Program-made: the position numbers and the translations under genes
Notes under the pieces: generated by a model
Seen by the model: only the letters and a program-made list of their open reading frames with translations
What the model was told of the DNA's origin: nothing
Database searches by the model: none
Part shown: positions 1 to 8,168 of the stretch, in pieces
Layout: the number at the start of each line of letters is the position of its first letter
Numbering within the stretch: the stretch's first letter is position 1
Virus record (IMG/VR): IMGVR_UViG_3300042907_001269
Span: 1 to 64,000 of that record
Length of the DNA: 64,000 nt
Strand: one strand, 5' to 3'
Source: a virus

Positions 1-1131
1 GCCGTACTCAAGGGTCGTGTTGATGGTCTGGAGGGTCGTGTTGGAAACTTGGAAGCAACACAATTCTCTACCACAACTAAACTCAAGGGTGAGGTAAACT
101 TCGTTCTTGGTGGCGTTCCTGGTCTTGTAACCAATAAAGGTGCCGATGTGGGTAATACCGCATTTAACTATGATGTTCGTCTGAACTTTGATACCTCGTT
201 CACTGGTAAGGACCTGCTCCGCACTCGTCTGCGTTCTGGTAACTTCAGTAGCGATCCTTTTGGTTCCAGTTCTTCTCTGTTCAAACTTGATAAGGCAGAA
301 TCTCTTGCCGATCAGGTTACAATTGACCGTCTTTACTATCAGTTCCCAGTTAGTAAGAGTGTAACTCTGACTGCTGGTCCTCTGGTTCGTAACACCGAGA
401 TGACTTGGGTTCCTACTGCTTATAAGTCGGAAATCCTGGACTTCTTCCAACTTGCTGGCGCTCCTGGTGTCTATAACAAGGCAACTGGTGCTGGTTTTGG
501 TGCTCAGTGGAAGCAACCCACCAAGAAAGGTCAAGGTGGATTCGTTGCTGGTCTGAACTATGTCTCCCAAGATGGCGACAGTTCTGAAACTGGCGTATTC
601 AACTCTGATTCTGGAATCAACTTCCTTGCTCAGGTTGGTTATCGTGCTCCTCAGTGGGGTGCTGCCGTTGCTTACCGTTATGGTACTGAGGGCAGTCGTG
701 TTCGCACCTTCAACGCTCTTGGTGGCGGTTCTGGTGCCCTTGCTGCAGGTCAGGAAAGCAACGCCGTTGCTCTGAGTGCTTATTGGCAACCTTCTGAGAG
801 TGGATTCGTTCCTTCTATCTCAGCAGGTTACGGATACAACGATGTGGATGGTAGTGGTTCTAAAACTGGTGCCACCGATTCTGATACTTGGTATGTCGGA
901 CTTCAGTGGTCTGATGTATTTGCTCAAGGTAATACCGCTGGTGTTGCCGTGGGTCAACCTGGTAATTCTGAATTCGTTGGTGATGATGCCACAATGCTTG
1001 AAGTCTTCTACAAGTATCGCGTATCTGACAACATCAGCATCACTCCTGCTCTCTTCTATGTGAGCAACAACCAAAGGTTCCAAGGTGAATCTTCTTGGGG
1101 TGGAGTGGTTCAGACCAAGTTCACCTTCTGA
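1..1131 (+). CDS. cyanobacterial outer-membrane porin (Som/OprB carbohydrate-selective porin family), 5' truncated by window edge
   Basis: Frame open from base 1 (AVLKGRVDGLEGRVGNLEATQFSTTTKLKGE); motifs FSTTTKL, RLNFDTSFTGKDLLRTRLRSGN, YKYRVSDNISITP; C-terminal Phe typical of beta-barrels. Confidence 0.92.
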   Translation, partial: AVLKGRVDGLEGRVGNLEATQFSTTTKLKGEVNFVLGGVPGLVTNKGADVGNTAFNYDVRLNFDTSFTGKDLLRTRLRSGNFSSDPFGSSSSLFKLDKAESLADQVTIDRLYYQFPVSKSVTLTAGPLVRNTEMTWVPTAYKSEILDFFQLAGAPGVYNKATGAGFGAQWKQPTKKGQGGFVAGLNYVSQDGDSSETGVFNSDSGINFLAQVGYRAPQWGAAVAYRYGTEGSRVRTFNALGGGSGALAAGQESNAVALSAYWQPSESGFVPSISAGYGYNDVDGSGSKTGATDSDTWYVGLQWSDVFAQGNTAGVAVGQPGNSEFVGDDATMLEVFYKYRVSDNISITPALFYVSNNQRFQGESSWGGVVQTKFTF

Positions 1132-1154
1132 TAAATCACTCATAACCTGAGTGG

Positions 1155-1182
1155 AACCACCCAATTTTTGGGTGGTTTTTTT
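1155..1182 (+). terminator. intrinsic terminator after porin
   Basis: aaccaccca-atttt-tgggtggtt hairpin followed by T-run. Confidence 0.8.
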
Positions 1183-1195
1183 ATGTTATGAACTT

Positions 1196-1235
1196 CTTAA
1201 CCAAATCTTAGTGGACTTTATCTTTCCTTTACTTT
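1196..1235 (+). promoter_or_regulatory. Pho-box-like tandem repeats upstream of pstS
   Basis: CTTAACC/CTTAGTG/TTTATCT/TTTACTT with TTA at 1197, 1208, 1218, 1229 (11/10/11 spacing), resembling cyanobacterial PyTTAAPyPy SphR/PhoB boxes. Confidence 0.6.
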
Positions 1236-1263
1236 AGAATTGCCCTGTAGTTATTCACTTTTT

Positions 1264-2223
1264 ATGAAACTCAAAAATCTTATTGTTGCTGGTCTGGTTG
1301 CTGCTCCCGTAGCAACACTTGCTGGACCTGCTTTGAATGGTGCTGGTGCCACCTTCCCAGCACCCATCTACCAACGCTGGTTTCAGGACTATGCTGCAAC
1401 TGGTAATCGTGTAAATTACCAGTCCGTTGGTTCTGGTGCTGGTGTTCGTCAATTTATTGCGGGTACAGTTGACTTTGGAGCAACGGACGAGCCTATTTCC
1501 TCAAAAGAGGCGGCTAAAGTGAAGCGTGGTGTCGTTCAAATCCCGATGGTGGGTGGAACGATTGCGATTGCCTATAATAAACCAGGATGCTCTCTGAAAC
1601 TCACTCAGAAGCAAACTGTGGATATTTTCTCAGGTCGCATCAAGGACTGGAAAGCAGTTGGATGTGCTGCAGGTCCTATGACCGTTGTTCATCGTTCTGA
1701 TGGTTCTGGAACCACTTATGCCTTTACCAACTCTCTGGATGCCTTCGGTGGTTGGAAACCTGGTGTAGGTAAGTCCGTCAATTGGCCCGTTGGTATTGGT
1801 GGTAAAGGAAATGAAGGTGTCTCTGGAACAATTCGTCAAACCGCAGGTTCAATTGGTTATGTGAATACTGGATTTGTAAGAGCAAACAAACTGCAAGTTG
1901 CCGCTCTTCAAAATAAGTCAGGACAGTTTGTTCTTCCTACTGCCAAGAGTGGTGCTATTGCTCTTAACTCCATCAAACTGGATGCAAATCTTGCTGGAGA
2001 AAGTCCTAATCCTTCTGCCTCTGGTGCTTATCCTATCTCCACTCTGACTTGGATTCTTGCCTATAAGACTGGTAATGGAGCAAAGGCAGATGATATTCAG
2101 AAGGCACTCAACTATGCTCTGAGTTCTAAGGCACAAATGATTGCTGATGATTTGGGTTATGTTCCTCTTGCGGGCAGTATTCTCAACAAATCACGACTTG
2201 CCGTGAAGCGTATCGCAAACTGA
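1264..2223 (+). CDS. pstS: phosphate ABC transporter substrate-binding protein PstS
   Basis: GAGATFPAPIY, NYQSVGSGAG, VDFGATD, HRSDGSGTT, GKGNEGV, AYPIST motifs; signal peptide from ATG 1264. Confidence 0.97.
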   Translation: MKLKNLIVAGLVAAPVATLAGPALNGAGATFPAPIYQRWFQDYAATGNRVNYQSVGSGAGVRQFIAGTVDFGATDEPISSKEAAKVKRGVVQIPMVGGTIAIAYNKPGCSLKLTQKQTVDIFSGRIKDWKAVGCAAGPMTVVHRSDGSGTTYAFTNSLDAFGGWKPGVGKSVNWPVGIGGKGNEGVSGTIRQTAGSIGYVNTGFVRANKLQVAALQNKSGQFVLPTAKSGAIALNSIKLDANLAGESPNPSASGAYPISTLTWILAYKTGNGAKADDIQKALNYALSSKAQMIADDLGYVPLAGSILNKSRLAVKRIAN

Positions 2224-2230
2224 TATAGAT

Positions 2231-2265
2231 GGGGGGTTGACACAACCCCCTTTTTAATGTATTAT
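2231..2265 (+). terminator. terminator hairpin overlapping a sigma70-like promoter
   Basis: gggggttg-aca-caaccccc-TTTTT; TTGACA 2237-2242, 17-bp spacer, TATTAT 2260-2265. Confidence 0.75.
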
Positions 2266-2286
2266 AAATGATGAGTTAGGAGGATT

Positions 2287-2442
2287 ATGTCTCTTATTTC
2301 CCAGCGTGATAGAAAATTAACCATTAAAGCATTGGGTTTTTATCTTGATGAATTTGGACCTTTAATGAATGAAAGTGAAAGAGCAGAAGCAAACGCACTT
2401 CTTAAATGGATTGAATTAGAGTATCAAAAGAATGAAAATTAA
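2287..2442 (+). CDS. small hypothetical protein (51 aa, MSLISQRDRKLTIKAL...)
   Basis: Translated by hand; strong SD AGGAGG upstream; overlaps next ORF. Confidence 0.7.
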   Translation: MSLISQRDRKLTIKALGFYLDEFGPLMNESERAEANALLKWIELEYQKNEN

Positions 2443-2596
2443 TCTCTGGTATTGTGAGGGTATGAAGCAGTGGCGGTGGATTTTAACTGACGATCATCGT
2501 CCTATCATTAAGCAAGAATCGGGACAAAGACCAAATCTTCGTGATGCTATGAATGATATTGCCAATACCGTAGAGTATATGCTAGAATCTAATTAA
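2432..2596 (+). CDS. small hypothetical protein (54 aa, MKINLWYCEGMKQWRW...)
   Basis: Translated by hand; overlaps previous ORF; resembles small cyanomyophage ORFs. Confidence 0.7.
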   Translation: MKINLWYCEGMKQWRWILTDDHRPIIKQESGQRPNLRDAMNDIANTVEYMLESN

Positions 2597-2603
2597 TTTT
2601 TAA

Positions 2604-2636
2604 CACACTTCTTGTATAAATAATATAAGAAATGTG
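2604..2636 (+). promoter_or_regulatory. T4-type late promoter (TATAAATA 2615-2622) inside an RBS-sequestering hairpin
   Basis: cacac-ttcttgtat/atataagaa-atgtg stem (one mismatch) ending 8 nt before ATG 2645. Confidence 0.75.
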
Positions 2637-2644
2637 CTACTATT

Positions 2645-3154
2645 ATGGAAGAGAAGTATTTAACCGAATTGGTGTCTGCCGGAAAAAGCATCAGGCAAAT
2701 CTCAAAACTTGTAAATAAAAGTGAAGGTTCAGTCAGACACTGGTTAAGAAAATATAATCTTAGCACATACAAAGAACCAAAATATGTAGATAATTGTAAG
2801 TTCTGTAATGTAAAACTTACGAATTTGAATACTTACAGTTCCAAAAAAAGATGGGCTTGTAAATCTTGCCTTAACAAATACAGAAGTAAGCAATTTGTAG
2901 TAACTAAACATAAAATGTTAGAATACAAAGGTGGAAAATGTATTTGTTGTGGATTTGATAAACATTATTCTGCATTAGATTTTCATCATTTGGACCCATC
3001 AATCAAAGAGTTTAATTTAACTCGCAATAGTATTGGTTGGGATAAACTTCAACTAGAACTTGACAAATGCGTTCTTTTATGTTCTAACTGCCATAGAATG
3101 ATTCACGCAGGAGTTATTAAATTGCCCGATGACCCAGCAAGTGAAGGGACCTGA
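2645..3154 (+). CDS. HNH homing endonuclease with N-terminal HTH
   Basis: N-terminal HTH (KSIRQISKLVNKSEGSVRHWLRKY), CxxC pairs, KGGKCICCG...LDFHHLDP...KCVLLCSNCHRMIH. Confidence 0.88.
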   Translation: MEEKYLTELVSAGKSIRQISKLVNKSEGSVRHWLRKYNLSTYKEPKYVDNCKFCNVKLTNLNTYSSKKRWACKSCLNKYRSKQFVVTKHKMLEYKGGKCICCGFDKHYSALDFHHLDPSIKEFNLTRNSIGWDKLQLELDKCVLLCSNCHRMIHAGVIKLPDDPASEGT

Positions 3155-3196
3155 TTTACACTCAGACATCGACAGGAGCATTACCTGTATCGGGCA
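3124..3196 (+). tRNA. tRNA-Val (anticodon TAC), atypical D/T loops
   Basis: Acceptor gcccgat/atcgggc, anticodon arm ctga-tttacac-tcag, T-stem acagg/cctgt with loop AGCATTA; no encoded CCA. Confidence 0.8.
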
Positions 3197-3201
3197 CTTA
3201 T

Positions 3202-3231
3202 TATAAATACTCAAAAGCACACCTTTGAGTA
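3202..3231 (+). promoter_or_regulatory. late promoter TATAAATA (3202-3209) overlapping a hairpin that covers the dps RBS
   Basis: tactcaaa (3208-3215) pairs with tttgagta (3224-3231) directly before ATG 3232. Confidence 0.7.
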
Positions 3232-3675
3232 ATGGAAAAACTATTCAAACTATTGAGTGATACTCAGGCATCACTTTTTGTTTTATTTCATAAAACTTGG
3301 GTCTATCACTGGAATGTGGTGGGACCTAATTTTAAGGAATATCACGATTTGTTTGGTGCTCAATATGAGGAAATGTTTGAAGAAATCGACCGTATCACCG
3401 AACATATGAGATTTCTGGGTATGAAACCCGTAAGCACCCTATCACGCATTACAGAGGTTTCTGGGGTGGAGCAGGCATCAAATAGCGCACAGTCCATTGA
3501 TGCCAAGACTATGGTTGAGCAATTGATGGGAGACCATAAGAAAATTATTGAGATGCTTACCGAAGTGTCCGATGAAGCAGAGAAGCAAAACTCAAAAGGA
3601 ACTATTAATCTTGTTGACGATTTAAACGAATCTCACGGAAAAGCAGTTTGGATGTTAAGATCATTTACTGAATAA
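3232..3675 (+). CDS. dps: Dps-family ferritin-like DNA protection protein
   Basis: KTWVYHWNVVGPNFKEYHDLFGAQYEE..EEIDRITEH ferroxidase motif; C-terminal HGKAVWML. Confidence 0.93.
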   Translation: MEKLFKLLSDTQASLFVLFHKTWVYHWNVVGPNFKEYHDLFGAQYEEMFEEIDRITEHMRFLGMKPVSTLSRITEVSGVEQASNSAQSIDAKTMVEQLMGDHKKIIEMLTEVSDEAEKQNSKGTINLVDDLNESHGKAVWMLRSFTE

Positions 3676-3687
3676 TTAATTATAGCG

Positions 3688-3948
3688 ATGGAAAACTTAA
3701 AAATTAGATGTAAGTCTTGCGGAAGTGAGATAGAAGGTAAGTCTGGTAAAACGATTACTTGTGGATGTCCTAATATGGCAACCATTCGTAATAATGAAAA
3801 TATTACGGCACTTGACTTATCCAAGATTGTTATGGTAAACTCTATGAGTACCAAAGAAAAATCTGGTGTTCTTACCTCTCAGGATATTGCTTGGCAAGAA
3901 GCAAGACGCCAACGTAAGGTGAGAAAACTTGATTTTGAAGTCCGTTAA
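3688..3948 (+). CDS. hypothetical Zn-ribbon protein
   Basis: CKSCG...CGCPN motif. Confidence 0.75.
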   Translation: MENLKIRCKSCGSEIEGKSGKTITCGCPNMATIRNNENITALDLSKIVMVNSMSTKEKSGVLTSQDIAWQEARRQRKVRKLDFEVR

Positions 3949-3959
3949 GGACTTTTATT

Positions 3960-4042
3960 GGAGAGAGTCCGGTTGGTCGAGGACACCGCCTTGAAAGCGG
4001 CTGGGTTTAAAAGCTTCGCAGGTTCGATTCCTGTTCTCTCCG
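3960..4042 (+). tRNA. tRNA-Ser (anticodon TGA)
   Basis: ggagaga/tctctcc acceptor, ccgc-cttgaaa-gcgg anticodon arm, long variable arm, GGTTCGATTCC T-arm. Confidence 0.95.
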
Positions 4043-4122
4043 TTAATGTCAATAAATCCTCACAAAGTTGACAGACTCAAAATACTCATTAGCATAATTA
4101 GTAGTATTCGACTTAAAACTCT

Positions 4123-4272
4123 ATGGATCAACACACCTATGACAACTGGGTGAAGATCAAGCAGACTTTTGAGAAGTCTGGGAATACTAATAATATGTTT
4201 TACACCAGAGCGTGTGAAATAGTTAAATCAAAAAGAGATCCATTAGAAAAATATCTTAACGGAAAGCAATGA
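4123..4272 (+). CDS. small hypothetical protein (49 aa, MDQHTYDNWVKIKQTFEKSG...)
   Basis: Translated by hand; ATGA overlap with next ORF. Confidence 0.7.
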   Translation: MDQHTYDNWVKIKQTFEKSGNTNNMFYTRACEIVKSKRDPLEKYLNGKQ

Positions 4273-4469
4273 GAATTAAGGACGAACACTTTCAGAAGAG
4301 AGCGTTTATTTTAAGTTCTTTTACTAGATTAAAAATAATTATTGATACAAGTGTTTATAGATTTGCTGATAAACTTATTAATGGAGAATGGATTCCTCCA
4401 TTAACGAGTCTTGATGATGTGGATAGAGAAATTAGAGACAAGTATTATGACTTCTTACAAAATGGATAA
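4269..4469 (+). CDS. hypothetical protein
   Basis: ORF track; coupled overlaps on both sides. Confidence 0.6.
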   Translation: MRIKDEHFQKRAFILSSFTRLKIIIDTSVYRFADKLINGEWIPPLTSLDDVDREIRDKYYDFLQNG

Positions 4470-4626
4470 GGATGAGATTCAGGAAATGATAGACCAGTCT
4501 ATTGCGAAGGCGATGGATAGGCACAATAAAACGGCATCAGTCATTAGTGCCTGTATTGGTGCCATATTATTGGGTTTTTATGCTCACGGACTTTTAACCG
4601 TTGTTAATCAATTAAACAGAGGATAA
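4462..4626 (+). CDS. small membrane protein
   Basis: MDKDEIQEMIDQSIAKAMDRHN followed by a hydrophobic helix. Confidence 0.65.
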   Translation: MDKDEIQEMIDQSIAKAMDRHNKTASVISACIGAILLGFYAHGLLTVVNQLNRG

Positions 4627-4708
4627 TGACCTATCAAGTTATTCAATCAGTTTTTGTAATGATGATTGTGATGTTTATTTTATATGTCGGAAGTGGAGAG
4701 CACAGATA

Positions 4709-4861
4709 ATGCTTCATCTTGTAGAAAAATTATTCGACAATCAGGCATCACTTTTTATAATAGGTCTTCTCTTGACAGCACCTCCAATTCTTGGTATATG
4801 GGCAGTTCATGAATATGGGTGGCAACACTGGGAACCATTTGACAAGAGACATAAGAAGTAG
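4709..4861 (+). CDS. small membrane protein (50 aa, MLHLVEKLFDNQASLFIIG...)
   Basis: Translated by hand; TM segment then HEYGWQHWEPF. Confidence 0.55.
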   Translation: MLHLVEKLFDNQASLFIIGLLLTAPPILGIWAVHEYGWQHWEPFDKRHKK

Positions 4862-4867
4862 TATAAT
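4839..4867 (+). promoter_or_regulatory. sigma70-like early promoter
   Basis: TTGACA-N17-TATAAT perfect consensus, upstream of tRNA-Pro. Confidence 0.85.
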
Positions 4868-4897
4868 AATCATACACTGAAATAAATAGTGGTGTTA

Positions 4898-4969
4898 CGG
4901 GGTGTAAGTCAGCGGTAGACGGCTTGCTTTGGGAGCAAGAAGACACTGGTTCGATCCCAGTCACCCCGA
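4898..4969 (+). tRNA. tRNA-Pro (anticodon TGG)
   Basis: cggggtg/caccccg acceptor, cttgc-tttggga-gcaag anticodon arm, GGTTCGATCCC T-arm. Confidence 0.95.
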
Positions 4970-4993
4970 TTGCCAGTTCTCTAACTGGTATAC

Positions 4994-5022
4994 TTGACGT
5001 AAAACTCAAATCACACTATAAT
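4994..5022 (+). promoter_or_regulatory. sigma70-like early promoter
   Basis: TTGACG-N17-TATAAT. Confidence 0.8.
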
Positions 5023-5045
5023 AACAAGGTAAACAAATCAAAGCG

Positions 5046-5261
5046 ATGTCTCTGACTATCAAATTCAAGAAAGATATTAGTACTCTTCGTGCCGCAGCGA
5101 ATGGTGATTTTTATCTTGATGTAAAGAATCCGAAACTTTATAAAAAAGTTCGTAAGTTTTATCAAAATGAAGGAGTTATTTTTTCTGATGACCCTCTTGA
5201 TAATTATGATATTCTAATTGATTATCTCATTCAGGACCTTGAAACTGTTGAAGTAAAATGA
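5046..5261 (+). CDS. hypothetical protein
   Basis: ORF directly after promoter; overlaps next ORF. Confidence 0.75.
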   Translation: MSLTIKFKKDISTLRAAANGDFYLDVKNPKLYKKVRKFYQNEGVIFSDDPLDNYDILIDYLIQDLETVEVK

Positions 5262-5494
5262 TTCAACCTAAAGTTCTATTAGAACGAGAAGAATATCGGT
5301 TTGTTGAAAAAGGTATTATTGAACTTAACAACAAACCCGATTATCGTCTTCAGAAAAAAGATTATTATACCAAACGATGGAATGACATCTATCTTTTTGA
5401 TAATCAGATGCAGTGTTTGACTGCTATGGAAGATGTTAATTACACTCGCTGGCTTGATTCTGAAGGAGTTCCTGCATATCGTAAATATACATAG
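5258..5494 (+). CDS. hypothetical protein
   Basis: ORF track; ATGA coupling. Confidence 0.75.
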   Translation: MIQPKVLLEREEYRFVEKGIIELNNKPDYRLQKKDYYTKRWNDIYLFDNQMQCLTAMEDVNYTRWLDSEGVPAYRKYT

Positions 5495-5530
5495 ATTATA
5501 AATATTAATATAAATATTCATAACCTATGT
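5489..5530 (+). promoter_or_regulatory. two late promoters (TATAAATA 5497-5504 and 5509-5516) inside a hairpin that sequesters the HNH start codon
   Basis: 5489-5506 pairs with 5513-5530 (two mismatches), including ATG 5527. Confidence 0.7.
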
Positions 5531-5970
5531 CTTACGCAAATTTAGAACTCCGTAAAAAAACAGCGAGGGAATATTATTCTAAAAATCCACAGGTTGCCAA
5601 AAATAATCAAGAAAAGAAAAGACAAAGAAATAGAGATATTATACACGAACATTGTGGGTATGAGTGTTGCAAATGTGGATCTAAAAAAAATTTAGAATAT
5701 GATCATATTAATCCAGGATTAAAAAAATCTAGACAATCTTTTCTTTCTATTGGTAAACAAGATCTTATTAGTCAACTTGATAATATACAAGTTCTATGCA
5801 AAGTATGTCATACTAAAAGAAGTCAATCTCAAAGAAAAGCAGCTTACCATTTATTTTATAGTATGCCTATTGACGAGCAAGAAAAATGGATTAATAGATT
5901 TATATCTCATAGTGGATTTGTTGATAGGACATTATCTTTTCAAGATGATGAAGACACGGATGGTCTATAA
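5527..5970 (+). CDS. HNH homing endonuclease
   Basis: CCKCGSKKNLEYDHINP...NIQVLCKVCHTKRS. Confidence 0.88.
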   Translation: MSYANLELRKKTAREYYSKNPQVAKNNQEKKRQRNRDIIHEHCGYECCKCGSKKNLEYDHINPGLKKSRQSFLSIGKQDLISQLDNIQVLCKVCHTKRSQSQRKAAYHLFYSMPIDEQEKWINRFISHSGFVDRTLSFQDDEDTDGL

Positions 5971-6140
5971 CAGCACTGGTCGGGAACCCCCCCTTTAGTC
6001 ACGGAGAGACTCTAAAAGTACTGGTGGAGTCAATATGACCCTATTATGAGTTTCCAATCTCTCTCAAGGATTGGTGGTGCGGATGGGATCTTACTCCCGC
6101 CTGGTTTCCAATTTCCAGTTAAAGAATTGGTGGCGAGCCT
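5952..6140 (+). ncRNA. structured cis-RNA of manA-like (or related wcaG) cyanophage motif type, upstream of gmd-fcl
   Basis: Two covarying hairpins agac-ACGGATG-gtct and agtc-ACGGAGA-gact, each followed by AG(C/T)ACTGGT; two ccaat/attgg-TGG(T/C)G modules; gcggatggg/cccgc stem; family assignment from memory of Weinberg-type motifs. Confidence 0.65.
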
Positions 6141-6150
6141 AAAAGACCCT

Positions 6151-6187
6151 GAGGAGAGTTGCATAAACTCTCCTTTTTTGCTATAAT
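6151..6187 (+). terminator. terminator hairpin with embedded extended -10 promoter
   Basis: aggagagtt-gcata-aactctcct-TTTTT; TTGCAT 6159-6164, N17, TGc-TATAAT 6182-6187. Confidence 0.75.
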
Positions 6188-6207
6188 AATAAAAAAGTAG
6201 TTCTTAT

Positions 6208-7209
6208 ATGAAAGTTGCTTTAATTAGTGGAATCACAGGTCAAGACGGTTCATATCTTGCCGAACTTCTCCTAGAGAAAGGATACGAAGTTCATGGTATT
6301 ATTCGTCGCGCCTCTCAAATCAATACGCAAAGAATAGATCATATTTACAATCAAATCAAACTTCATTATGGTGATTTAACTGATTCTACGAATCTTGTAA
6401 GAGTAATTCAACAAGTTCAACCCGATGAAATATATAATCTTGGTGCTCAAAGTCATGTAAAGGTTTCTTTTGAGATGCCTGAATATACTGGTATGGTTGA
6501 TGGTCTTGGAACTCTTCGTATTTTAGAAGCAGTTCGTCTTCTTGGAATGGAAAATAAGACTCGTATCTATCAAGCATCAACATCAGAAATGTTTGGTAAA
6601 GTACAAGAAATTCCTCAAAAAGAAACCACACCTTTTTATCCCCGTTCACCTTATGGAGTTGCAAAAGTTTATGGATACTGGATTACAAAAAACTACAGAG
6701 AGTCTTACGGACTACACGCAAGTTCTGGAATTCTTTTCAATCACGAATCCTCTAGAAGAGGAGAAACTTTTGTCACAAGAAAAATCACTAGAGGATTATC
6801 ACGCATTTCAACTGGGGAACAAGATATACTATATCTCGGGAACCTAAACTCAAAGAGGGACTGGGGACACGCTAGGGACTTCGTAGAGGCGATGTGGTTA
6901 ATGCTTCAGCAGGATGAGGCAGATGATTATGTAATTGCCACAGGAGAGCAGTATTCGGTGCGTGAGTTCGTTGAAGAAGCAGCACCCTATTTTGGAATGA
7001 AGATTGCTTGGGAAGGTGAAGGACTTGATGAAGTTGGATATGATACTTATTCTGGAAATCAAGTCATTCGGGTCAATCCTAAATATTTCAGACCTGCCGA
7101 AGTAGAGACTTTATTAGGTGATGCTGCAAAGGCAAAAGAAAAATTAGGTTGGGAACCTAAAATTTCATTTAAAGAATTGGTTGAGGATATGTGCGTTTAT
7201 GGACAGTGA
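6208..7209 (+). CDS. gmd: GDP-mannose 4,6-dehydratase
   Basis: [61 protein letters not shown]. Confidence 0.98.
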   Translation: MKVALISGITGQDGSYLAELLLEKGYEVHGIIRRASQINTQRIDHIYNQIKLHYGDLTDSTNLVRVIQQVQPDEIYNLGAQSHVKVSFEMPEYTGMVDGLGTLRILEAVRLLGMENKTRIYQASTSEMFGKVQEIPQKETTPFYPRSPYGVAKVYGYWITKNYRESYGLHASSGILFNHESSRRGETFVTRKITRGLSRISTGEQDILYLGNLNSKRDWGHARDFVEAMWLMLQQDEADDYVIATGEQYSVREFVEEAAPYFGMKIAWEGEGLDEVGYDTYSGNQVIRVNPKYFRPAEVETLLGDAAKAKEKLGWEPKISFKELVEDMCVYGQ

Positions 7210-8125
7210 TTCTAAAGTATTAGTTGCGGGTGCCAATGGAATGGTTGGATCGGCAATAGTCAGAAATCTTGAAAGTAAAGGTTATACTAACATTATTAAA
7301 GGAACTCGTGGTGATGTAGATTTCACAAATCAAGATGAAACTGAGCGGTATTTCTGTTCAGAAGAACCTGAGTATGTTTTTGTTGCTGCTGCCAAAGTTG
7401 GCGGTATTATGGCAAATAATACATATAAGGCAGATTTTCTGACCGAGAATCTTCAAATTCAAACCAATCTGATCCAACAGTCTTATAACTTTGGTGTTAA
7501 AAAACTTCTGTTTCTTGGTTCTTCTTGCATCTATCCTAAGTTTGCAACTCAACCAATTACCGAAGATCAGTTAATGACCGGTCCTCTGGAACCCACAAAT
7601 GATGCTTATGCGATTGCTAAGATCGCTGGTATTATGATGTGTCAGGCATATCGCCAGCAATACGGCTTTAACGCTATTTCCTTGATGCCTACAAATCTTT
7701 ATGGTCCGAATGATAACTTTGATCTAGAGACATCACACGTTCTTCCTGCGATGATTGCCAAGTTTCATAATGCAACTCAAAATAATGAATCAGTAAATCT
7801 TTGGGGTGATGGATCTGCAATGAGGGAGTTTTTGCACGTTGATGACCTTGCAGAAGCATGTTATATTTGTATGCAGGTTTATAATGAGTCAGAACATATC
7901 AACGTTGGTACTGGTGAAGATGTTAGAATATGGGAACTTGCAAACATTATTTCTGAGGTAGTTGGTTTTTCTGGAGAGATTTCGTGGGACTTTACTAAAC
8001 CAAATGGAACTCTAAGGAAAGTTCTGAATGTAGACAAAATTAAATCTTTTGGATGGCAACCCATTATAAGATTATATGATGGAATTCAAAAAACTTATAA
8101 GTGGTATTTAGAAAATATTATTTAA
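7199..8125 (+). CDS. fcl: GDP-L-fucose synthase (Fcl/WcaG)
   Basis: [59 protein letters not shown]. Confidence 0.97.
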   Translation: MDSDSKVLVAGANGMVGSAIVRNLESKGYTNIIKGTRGDVDFTNQDETERYFCSEEPEYVFVAAAKVGGIMANNTYKADFLTENLQIQTNLIQQSYNFGVKKLLFLGSSCIYPKFATQPITEDQLMTGPLEPTNDAYAIAKIAGIMMCQAYRQQYGFNAISLMPTNLYGPNDNFDLETSHVLPAMIAKFHNATQNNESVNLWGDGSAMREFLHVDDLAEACYICMQVYNESEHINVGTGEDVRIWELANIISEVVGFSGEISWDFTKPNGTLRKVLNVDKIKSFGWQPIIRLYDGIQKTYKWYLENII

Positions 8126-8168
8126 ATTATTTCTAATGAAAGTAGCATAAAATTTATCAATATCCTCA

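Noticed and set aside
49-51. TTG 49 as the porin start codon
   Set aside because: The frame is open from base 1 with porin coiled-coil sequence; the true start lies upstream of the window
4755-5009. Minus-strand 84-aa ORF
   Set aside because: Antisense to tRNA-Pro and two promoters; GVTGIEPV is the typical tRNA antisense translation
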